The notes under the pieces: generated by a model
What the model was told of the DNA's origin: nothing
Seen by the model: the letters and a program-made list of their open reading frames with translations, nothing else
Database searches by the model: none
Virus record (IMG/VR): IMGVR_UViG_3300018432_000003
Coordinates: 83,394-95,940 of that record
Source: a virus
Taxonomy: Duplodnaviria > Heunggongvirae > Uroviricota > Caudoviricetes
Strand: one strand, 5' to 3'
DNA length: 12,547 bases
Translations under genes and position numbers: made by a program
In this document: positions 1 through 9,500 of the stretch, piece after piece
Position numbering within the stretch: position 1 is the first letter of the stretch
Layout of the letters: each line of letters starts with the position of its first letter

Positions 1-3000
1 TGGTCGATTTCCTCATCGTTCTCGTCGTAGATTGTAAGACCTAGAATCTGGTCCTCAGTCTTAATGAGTCCACTTGCAGTCGCATACACACTGTGAGTGT
101 ACTGAGTGTTCGGCTGCACTGGAATTGAGAGGTCGTACATTCCATACTGCTCGTTTGGTGGTGTACCGTCAGGGCCGTAGTACTCTACGTAGTTGCCAGG
201 GAGGTAGTGCTTCCTCGCCATACCATCGTTAGAGAGGAATACCTCTCCCATGTGGAAGTCAAAGGTGTTTGTCACAGTGGCGTCCACCTCAACCGCACCT
301 ACTCGTACTGATGTCACATTACGGGTACCCCAACCTATACCAGTACGCATCTCAATCTGCTGCATCTCATCCTCGTGCGTGGCACTGTAGAATAGTCTCA
401 ATATACCGTTAGCGGTCCCAAGGTTCTCGCCTACTGCTTCGAAGAACAACCTCTCGCCCGCCTCAATACCATCACAGAAGGCATTCCAAGCCGATGAACC
501 GTTGAATCTCGACTGCAATCTACCACCAGGGGTTATCCTAACCTCGAACACAGGTCCAGTCGCGTCCCTAGCCTGCAACAGCGTTACATTACCACCGACA
601 GGCAAGTTGATGAACCGCTTCTGTGCGCCCAAGGCGAAAGAGGTATACCCTCCTGGTACAGTCCTTGTAGCATAACGTATGTTAGTACCTGTGTTGGTTA
701 TACGCATGCCGAACTCACTAGCCCTAGATGCAGAGAAGTCTCCCAAGGTGTTGGTTGCCGCACCAGACATGCTCCACGGTGAAGGAAGGGTGTTATCTTT
801 GAAGTTCATCCTGTCGATTATGTTACCAGTGTACTTCCAAGCTGCGTTCAGGTCCTCATTAATCCATCTGAACGCACCGTTCAATGTGCCGTGAGCACCG
901 TTGCCACTCTTGTCGTAAGTGGTCGTACCTTCCATCTCTGAAAGGTGGTAGTATAGGGCGAGCTTAGTTAGGTCATCTGCATCCTGTATGATGTTATCAT
1001 GGTTTGCGAGTACGGTTGCGCCAGTACGCCCAACTGTCCACACTCTCAACTCATATATCCTGCCAGTGAAGGCTCCTGGTGCGGAGGTAGTGCCACCAGT
1101 GTACCTGTACGTACCGTTGTTGTATCCTGCACTTATGTTACCACCGCTAGTGAATGCAGTGCTGGCAGCAGCGGTGCTTCCCGCAATAACCCCATTAACA
1201 TACTGAGTGACGCTAGTAGTGTTCCTCACCATTGATATGATGTATGTGCCGTGTTTGGTAACTGCGTTAGTGCTGTTAGTAGGGGTCGTCGCTATCGTGA
1301 CACCACCCTGCCATGCAGTAGACCTAATGAAACCAGACTCTACGTATATCAGATACCCGTTAGTGGCGTCACCCTCACGGTATAGAACCTGTCGAGTCGT
1401 TATATCCTCACCAGTCCTGAAACGTACTTCAACAGTCTTAACAGTCTGCGAGGTACCGTTCACCGGAGTGCTGTTCGGTATGCTGATGCCAGTGTCGTTA
1501 CCATTCATGGTGATACCCTGTATAGTCGGGTCCTCACCAGCGTTAACTACCTTGCAGTATCCTCCGTGCGGGTAGCTTTCCTCGTCAGGCTCCCACCAGT
1601 CAACCTTGTCCACCAGTGCGGCAGTCTTACGCTTGTTAGGTGCCATAGTGTGGAAGATACCATGACCCTTCCGTATGGTAGTGTAGTTCCTCACACCAAG
1701 GTCTGCGTTCGCACCATCACCGATGGTCTTGATTACCACTAGGTTCGTCTGTGCGTGCAAAGGAATACTGTCCCTCGCACGGGTGTTTCCAGTCCTAAAC
1801 CCAAGCTGGTACCTACCGTTACGCCTGTGTACACCGAGGGTACTCTGCTGTAGGAACGTCACGTTCGGCACGCCAGTTGCACTGTAGGAGTCAATCCTGT
1901 ACTCCATCAAGATATCAATGGCTTTACCAGTGACGTGCTTAGCCTGCTCAATGATAACCCTACCATTGAACTTCAACGAACTAAGCCCAATCCACCCATA
2001 CGGTGTTACAATGAGGTCGCCACGAGTGGCCTGCCCGTCAGTCTCGTCAACGGTCAACCTACCCTTCTCGTACGTCGTACGTGCATCCCTGTTGAACGTC
2101 CAATCCCTCGGACGTGACGTGGTACCACTAGTGTCAATCAACTGAGGGTTGTCTAGTGCATTGGTGAATACCGGCTGGTATATCCTTGGCACTTGATTAC
2201 TTGCTGTAATATCAAGTACAGTCGCAGGACTTGGCTCGCTCGGTTCATCACCGTCGTACAGTACCGCCTTAATCCTGTGCTTCCCGGTAAGCAGTCCACT
2301 GCTGTTCAGGGATACGGTTGCATCAACCGCAGTCATAGGCTCAGTAGGGTTGGCTATACCGCTCGTGTCCTTCTTGCTAGGCTCTCCCTTATCCAAGTTG
2401 AAGGAGGTCTTTCTCCAACCGTCTGGACCGTACACGTAAACCCACTGGTCCAACCTGAATACGTTGTCGGCACCCTTCTTTTTGACAGTCTGCCACTTAC
2501 CCCAATCCCCACCTTTACGGTAGCGGACGAATGGGGTCCAACCCTTGATGCTATCCTTCACCACATCGTTTAGGGACTTCACAGTTGGCCTGAACCTGTA
2601 ACGACGGTGGCTGTTCTCACCCATGTGCTTAATCTTGCTGGTCGTACCAACGCTGTGACCAGTTGCATCCACAAGCTGGTACCCCAACTGCACGTCGTAC
2701 GGCTTGTTCTTCTTGCGGTACCTCTGCCTGTCTATGTTAAATCCACCAGGACCGCCCCACTCTTCCAGCTTCGTCTTGTTACCAGTGTTGGCTCTCGTGC
2801 CAGTCTTTAGGGGTCCTCTGAACTCAACTACGTCATCCGGGTTATCGTCAACCCTGATTGCAAACTGCTCGAAGAATGGTGCGCTTAGTGCGGCGAGGCT
2901 TGTTGACTGCACGTTAGTCAGGTAGAACACAATCTCGTATGCATGCTTAGGTGGCTGTGGGATTATGAATGCCTTACCCAAGGAACCGCTCATCTGGAAT

Positions 3001-3503
3001 GCCTCAGTGCGTGTACCGATGAACCCTGCCGTAGTAGGGTCAGGTGTCGTCGTACGCTTCGGGTGCTTCATCCTCCATGCATGTGCAGCGCAGTACCATC
3101 CAGTTGGGTATGCCTTCTCGCCAGTGACGAATAGCACAGACCTCGGTGCTTCCGGCTGTGCGATGTCAACGTAGTCCCTAGTTTCAGGGAGGGGCGCACC
3201 GTTCACCAGCGGGTGGTCGAGGTCATAGAATGGCGTGTCACCTAGCGGCAGGGGCGAACCATTCTGCTCGCTGAACCTGTCGGTGTCAGCCGGTCCTTTG
3301 GCAAACACACCCCAACCGTCAGGCTTAGGTGCGTGCCCGAACTTCTGGTACTTCATCCTACCGTTGGCGTTCACTATGACGTTCAACGGGTCAGGGTTGA
3401 GGTTCCTGCTGGCAAGACCCGCATCCCCGAAGATGTCGGCCATCATATTAGAGTACTCTACTGCGAGTAGCTCGTGACCTCTGTCCTTAATGAGTGAACC
3501 CAT
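1..3503 (-). CDS. Large minor tail / baseplate-receptor-binding protein (>1167 aa, 3' end beyond window) with a LamG/concanavalin-A-like domain, a probable second jelly-roll domain and the start of a CBM-like module
   Basis: Manual translation from ATG at 3503 (3 nt after the TMP stop; SD-like AAGAGG in the last TMP codons) reads MGSLIKDRGHELLAVEYSNMMADIFGDAG... and stays open in one frame to position 3 (...GLTIYDENDEEID). It is absent from the ORF track, consistent with no stop inside the window. LamG-like core ~1510-1020 (VEVRFRTGEDITTRQVLYREG...YLIYV...VTQYVNG...FTGRIYELRVW), followed by LALYYHLSEMEGTTTYDKSGNGAHGTLNG. A CBM-like motif IPVQPNTQYTHSVYA lies near 80-140. Confidence 0.85.
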   Translation of the reverse strand, partial: MGSLIKDRGHELLAVEYSNMMADIFGDAGLASRNLNPDPLNVIVNANGRMKYQKFGHAPKPDGWGVFAKGPADTDRFSEQNGSPLPLGDTPFYDLDHPLVNGAPLPETRDYVDIAQPEAPRSVLFVTGEKAYPTGWYCAAHAWRMKHPKRTTTPDPTTAGFIGTRTEAFQMSGSLGKAFIIPQPPKHAYEIVFYLTNVQSTSLAALSAPFFEQFAIRVDDNPDDVVEFRGPLKTGTRANTGNKTKLEEWGGPGGFNIDRQRYRKKNKPYDVQLGYQLVDATGHSVGTTSKIKHMGENSHRRYRFRPTVKSLNDVVKDSIKGWTPFVRYRKGGDWGKWQTVKKKGADNVFRLDQWVYVYGPDGWRKTSFNLDKGEPSKKDTSGIANPTEPMTAVDATVSLNSSGLLTGKHRIKAVLYDGDEPSEPSPATVLDITASNQVPRIYQPVFTNALDNPQLIDTSGTTSRPRDWTFNRDARTTYEKGRLTVDETDGQATRGDLIVTPYGWIGLSSLKFNGRVIIEQAKHVTGKAIDILMEYRIDSYSATGVPNVTFLQQSTLGVHRRNGRYQLGFRTGNTRARDSIPLHAQTNLVVIKTIGDGANADLGVRNYTTIRKGHGIFHTMAPNKRKTAALVDKVDWWEPDEESYPHGGYCKVVNAGEDPTIQGITMNGNDTGISIPNSTPVNGTSQTVKTVEVRFRTGEDITTRQVLYREGDATNGYLIYVESGFIRSTAWQGGVTIATTPTNSTNAVTKHGTYIISMVRNTTSVTQYVNGVIAGSTAAASTAFTSGGNISAGYNNGTYRYTGGTTSAPGAFTGRIYELRVWTVGRTGATVLANHDNIIQDADDLTKLALYYHLSEMEGTTTYDKSGNGAHGTLNGAFRWINEDLNAAWKYTGNIIDRMNFKDNTLPSPWSMSGAATNTLGDFSASRASEFGMRITNTGTNIRYATRTVPGGYTSFALGAQKRFINLPVGGNVTLLQARDATGPVFEVRITPGGRLQSRFNGSSAWNAFCDGIEAGERLFFEAVGENLGTANGILRLFYSATHEDEMQQIEMRTGIGWGTRNVTSVRVGAVEVDATVTNTFDFHMGEVFLSNDGMARKHYLPGNYVEYYGPDGTPPNEQYGMYDLSIPVQPNTQYTHSVYATASGLIKTEDQILGLTIYDENDEEID

Positions 3504-3506
3504 GTA

Positions 3507-6500
3507 TTACCTCTTCGTCAATTCTCGCTCGAAGTCAACGTCACGCGATATGTGTTCGTTCACAATATCTCCCCCAATGTGAGGATTCTGTAGTATCTCC
3601 ATCATCATCTTCATTCCTGCACGCATGAACTTCTCTGCGTTTGCATCAGAGAGGTCCATCTCAGTCTGTATGAGTTCCTTGATTCGATTGTCCAGCTTGT
3701 TACCGACCTTATCGAATGCCTTCTCTATGGCAGCGTCAACCTTGTTCTCCGCCTTCTGTAGAGCCTGCTCTATACCGCCATCACGCTGACTGCCAGTACC
3801 CTGGTCGATTCTCTGCCCTGTACCTATCGCCTCACCGATTGCCTTATTCCGATGCATGGCACCACCACTAACCCTGTCGCTCATGTCGAACGCCTTCCGC
3901 ATCATGTTCAATGCACGGGGGTCATGGAGTGGTAGGTTAACCTCTGGACCACGGTCACCGATAACCCCTAGGTGTGGTCTAGTCACTACGCCACCGTTAC
4001 TGTATCCGGTTATCTTCTTGTTACCCATGTTCATGCTGCTGCTGCTCGGTGGGTATGCAGCCCAAGGACCCCAATCCTTACCGCCCTTAGACAGCTTGTT
4101 AGCTGCACTACTTGCGTACACAGGGTCACCCATCTTACTGTAAGACAGCCCCATACCTTCAGCAGTGCTCTTTAGGAACTGGAACAGTCCGTACGCGGTT
4201 GATGATGGGTTCTTAGCGCCTGCATTACCACCAGACTCTTCCCATGCAACACCTACGGCAGTGTCCCTCTTGCTTGCCGGGAATCCACCCTGCGTTATAG
4301 CTTCCATCATCGTAAGGCCAGGACCGGCGTTACCACTTACACCACCAGTGCCGCCAGTCGGCACCTTAGACATGTAGAATTCCTTAGCAGCTTCCCTTAC
4401 CTTGCTGCCCGCCATACTTGCAGCCTCACCTACCATACCGTAACCGAGGTTATTAGGCATGGTCGGCACTGCATCCTCGAACCACTTGTTGATTTCTTCC
4501 TGTGATGGTCCGCCACCTGTAGCCCCACCACGTCCTCCAGCACCACCGAGGTTCGGTGAGCCTCCTGGGTATGTAGCGTGGAGGTGGTCGTAGTGCATGT
4601 CACCAGGGTCATTGTACCTACGACTCCTGCCCCAACCTGTGATGATACCCTTCCAGATGTAGTACTCCATCTCTTTCTTGTGGTTCGCAAGGATGTACTT
4701 CTCTACCTTATCACCCTTACTACCAACCCTAGCACCACGTCCGCCTGGACCCCAGTGGTCTACTGAGTTCCCTTCGCCACCAGGGTGACCTACGTAGGTG
4801 TTTGTCGTGATGCCGCCGACAGCCTTCCTCGTAGCCTCCTGAATGCTCTTCGCAGGCTCGTTCCAGTTGTGCGTCGTAGCACCGAGATACTCGTAATCCA
4901 CACCACCACGGCGTGCTGGCAAGTCCTCATGCTCAGGACCGTGTGCCTTGTGAGCACGTGCAATCTTGCGGAAGTTATCATCAATCTGCTTGTCGTTATT
5001 CGGTATAGGATTCAGATTCCTGAGTACACCACCACGAGCCATCCACGCTGCGTTGCGGCTGTAATCCGCTGGCTTACCTAGCGGTACAGAACCCTTCCTG
5101 CCCTTGTTGAACCTCTGACGGAACTTACGCGCTGACCTACGTGCTGCACGCCTGTCCTTGGCAGTATCTTCCTTCTCCTGCCTCTCAGCCTGACGCTTCT
5201 CCTGCTTGCTCATTCCATCATCAGGGTTATTAGGGTTGCGGCCACCGCCGCCTCCGCCGCCACCGCGACCTCCACCACCGCCGCCACGTGCGCGAGCCTC
5301 ATGCTCCCTGTGCCACCACTTCTTCTCGGCACTTGAGATGTGTGACCTTGGTCCTACTGCGGCAGTCATTATTCCACGACTGCTGTGGCCTAGTCCACCA
5401 GCGTGTCCAAGCTCATGCTGTAGTATCGGACGGAGTACTGGTGAGCCTCTGAAGTTCGGGTCAACACCAATCGTACCGTTGCTGCCTGTACGTGCTGCAC
5501 CGATACCATGCTTGTAGAACACCCTAACATCACGTCCACGGCTGAACGTAGACGGTGCCTGCCAGCCCTGTGATGCCTTCAGTGCCCTACCACTTAGGGG
5601 TCCTCTCAAGCCTAGTTCGTGGTCACCACGCATGAGGTTGATTCTGCCCTTCTTGATGGCAGCAGCCTCGTAGTCAACACCGTTCTGCTTGTAGACTCCA
5701 GTGCGCTCATCATGTACAATCTCCCCACCCTTGGCGAAGTTCATGTGCTGATTAGCAGCCTGGAGAATCTCCATATTACGCTTGCGGTGCTTCTTATTGT
5801 CCGTGATGTAGAACTCAGTCGTCCCAGGTACCTCACCGTACACTCTGGTAGTACCCGCAGACACTCCACCGCTAGGACCCTGCTCGCCACCACTTCCATA
5901 CTTGATTACGTCACCAGTAGCAAGACGCCTCTGATGTGGTGTGAGTCCAGGACTGTCAGAACCACCACCTATGAGAGAACCCTTGTTGTAGATAACAGAG
6001 AACTGCTCAGGCTTCTTCATATCAATGTCAGCCTTGTCGATGAACCTTCCGATTCCCTCCAAGATTGCATTGAATGATTCCTGGGTCTGCGTTGAGGTCA
6101 TCCAAGCCTTTGAAACCCACTTCTGCTGTGCCTCAGTCATCGCGCCAGTGCCCTGCTCTTGCATGTCTACCAAGTCCTTGACAGACTCCTGCTGAGTTTT
6201 CTCAGTAGACTTGTTGACCTTAGTCTGCATGTCTAGCATCTTCATGCTTGATGCCAGCTTCAAGTCCTCAGAGGCGTTCGTACCACCCTTATTGAAGTCC
6301 CAGAAGTCCTTGATTCCGGTTTCCTTCATGCTACCAGTAGACTTGTTGGATGACTTCATTGCTTCGTTCATGTTGAAGTCAGTACCCTTGAACAAGTCCT
6401 TCATGGCGTTGTTACCACCACGTGCGGTATCCCACATGTTCTTCGTGGTGCCCTTCTCGCCCTCAGCACTCTTGTTCACCATAGCGAGCTTAGTCTTAGT

Positions 6501-9500
6501 CAACTGCTGCTCAGTGTTGAGAGAGAAGTCCTTGGTAGCCTTGGTACCCTTCTGGTTCATCTTATTCATGTTCATGATGGTACCCATAGTACCCTGCTTG
6601 CTGTTCTTCACCATGTCTGCGGCCATCTTGTTAGTGTCACCGCGAACCCAATTGGTGAAGCCCTTGAGGGCCTTCGTCATAGGGCCATCTTTCTTCCAGT
6701 CACCGAACATGATGTCGCCCAACTTGTTGTTACCGAACTTGCCACCAATCCAGTTGAACAACCCTGCGAACATCCTCTGTATGCTGTTTACGGTACCAGC
6801 CACACCACCGATGACTATACGCTGCATGCTCGACATCATCTGGCGTGCCATGTTGAACCACATCTTGCCGATGCTCATGTCACCCTTGCGCCACATCTTC
6901 ACTAGTCCGACGACTGTCGGCATGGTGCGGCGGGTTATCTCATTGTAGGCTGCACCCACCATACGCACTAGTACTTCGAAGGCAAGACCCACAATAGATA
7001 TACGTGCGAATGCGAGTGCAATCCCTCGCACTGCAATGGTTGACATCGCAGGCAGTACCTTCATGACACTAGCCCAACGCTTCGGTATCACCTTCCAGAC
7101 GCCAGAAATAACCCTCACTGACTCCCTGAACGGCTTCACCATCCACACTGCGGTCCTGACAGCAGCCTGACGCAATCCGAGTATCCTAGCAGATACCTTA
7201 CCGAATCCGATTGCCAGCCTAGCTAGACCAATCAGTACGCGGCTTCCGAAGAATATACGTAGGGCAATCCACGCGAGTGCAACCTCAGTGGCGAACTCAC
7301 GTACCGGCTGAGGTAGCCTGTTCCATAGGCGAACCATCCTGCCGATTAGGTGTGCCGTACCCATGACGATATCACCAATTCGGGTTATCCACTTGGCGAT
7401 TGTCTTAGGACCTTCCTTGCTCTGCGTTGCCCACTTGAGTAGCGCACCACCGATTCGTGTAATCTGCTTCCACAACGCCTGCGCGACTGGTGCAGCACTC
7501 TGGAAGAACCTCTTTATCTGCGCACGACCCTTCTCACTGTCAGTCCACTCTAGGAATCTACGTGAAGTCTCACGAACTGCCACTGCAAGACGCCTTGCGA
7601 ACGGCATCGCCTGACCCATGATGTTGATGAAGGCACCACCGAAGTTACCGATTGCCTGCGTCCAGTTCTTCGTGATGTTCGGCATTGTCTTGAGTATCTT
7701 CTGTAGACTCTCAATGACACCGAAGTTTCGGAAGTTACGTGATACCGTAGAGAGGGCCTTGTTAAGTCCCTGCACTGTCCTCTGTGCAGTCCTACCGAGT
7801 GCCGGTAGTGCCCTAGTACCGATGTTGATTAGGCGTGTAGCTAGGCGACCAGTGGCAACCTGTGCCCCTGCGAATGACCTAGTGTACACATTCTTGAACC
7901 TTGCGATAGCATTCTCGATAGCCTGTATATGCTTAGGGGTCTTGCCCATGAGGGCATTGAGAGCACTCTGCTTCTCTTTAACTTCCTGCTGAGCCTTCGC
8001 CATGTTGCGGTTGGCTTCCGCGAGCGCACGGTTGGCCTCAGCCATCTGCCTAGCAGCATCCTGACGTGCCCTACCGATTTCACGTTGAGCGCGACGTTCG
8101 TTACGCATCGCCTCCTGCACTGCACGCTGTGATTCCTGCGCTGTCCTCTGAGCCTCACGTATCTGACGGTTACCCTCAGCCCTCGCACGTGCAATCTCCT
8201 TCTCAGCCTGGGTAGCGTTACGCTGAGCGTCTGCAACCTCCCGCATTGCATCCACAACACCCTGCTGTGCATCCTTCTGCGAGTCTAGTGCCTGACGGCG
8301 TGCCTCCTGCGCACTCTGCAACTCATCAGTACCCTTCTTCTGGGCCTCATTGAGTTCCCTCTGCGCCTGACCCATGTCGAGGATGTTCTGCTTGCGCTGT
8401 AGCTCCAACTGCTGTAGTCTAAGCTGAGCTTCCTTACGCTCGCGGGGGTTCTCAGCCCTCTGCAACTCCATACGTGCTTCACGCATGTCGAATGCCAACT
8501 GCTTCTGGCTCAGACGCATACCTGATATGTCAAGCTGCATGCTGCGGAGCCTGAACTGCTCAGTTGCCAAGGCACTGTTGTACTCCTGAGTCGCAAACCT
8601 AACGTCACGAGTTGCATCACGTGCCTGCTCCTGTGCATCTGCGTAACTGTCCTGCGCTGACTGTACTTGGCGGAGTGCATCAGCGTGTGCCTGTATTGCA
8701 GACTGCACCCCTTCGTGTGCATCTCTCTCAGCCTCAGCGATACCCCGTACGGACTCTCCGTAGGCACGCTGTGCGTCAGTTACAGCCCTCTGTGCGTCAG
8801 CGTGTGCCTGTATTGCACCACGAATCTGCTCTTGACCGGCTCGGTATGCCTCCCCGACGCCTCTTTGTGCGTCTGCAACTGCCTGTGCGCTACTTGCTGC
8901 CGACTCCTGCGCAGACTTCAACTCATTCTGTGCAGTCTCAAGTTGGTTAGCCTTCTCTTCGGCGTTCGCAAAGTGGGATATGATAGGGGCAGCAGCCATC
9001 GCCACAAGACCAAAACCACCCGCCAGTGCGAGTAGTGATGACCCTAGTATAGTCAAGCCTGCCACCAACGGTCCAGCCGCAGCCACGGCAACTGCCATGA
9101 TTGCAACTCTGAATACGCTCATGGCTTGCTGCATTATGTAGACCTTCTGCGCGAATGACTGTGAAATCGGCTGCATAGTCTGGAGGGTTCCAGCTAGTGC
9201 CTTGAAACCAGCACCTACAGCAGTAGCCGCACCCCTAGCGGAGAGTAGGGAGCGGGTGTCAATCTTGATACTGTACGTACCCTCAACCTCATTCAACGCG
9301 ACCTTCATCAAGCCTGCATCACGCAGTACCTTCGGGACACCCTTCATCTCAGCAATCAACTGCATACGAGTGTTGTTGATGTCCTGCGCCTCACGCTTCA
9401 ATCTCGCTGCGTCAGCCATAACGTCAGTGAACCCGTCAGCTTCAGCCCTCATCTCAAGGACGTAAGCCCTCCGTGCCAACTCCCTAGCCTCAGCGCCTAC

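Noticed and set aside
1-3506. No minus-strand ORF in the track here, which could suggest stop-codon reassignment, a pseudogene or non-coding DNA
   Set aside because: Manual translation shows one uninterrupted standard-code frame from 3503 to the window edge. It was missed only because its stop lies outside the window.
5240-5290. G-quadruplex in the GGN run
   Set aside because: It has almost only GG tracts, fully explained by poly-Gly codons.
4430-8767. Alternative-frame minus-strand ORFs nested in the TMP (4430-4690, 4790-4984, 7841-8272, 8285-8482, 8510-8767)
   Set aside because: They have Arg/Ser/Cys-rich off-frame composition, expected from the repetitive Ala/Gln codons of the TMP, and there is no evidence of independent translation.
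8680-8817. 21-bp exact direct repeat as a possible CRISPR repeat, DGR TR/VR pair or att site
   Set aside because: There are only two copies, in frame within the TMP and 39 codons apart, with no A-specific mismatches and no RT or integrase nearby. Coding-repeat duplication explains it.
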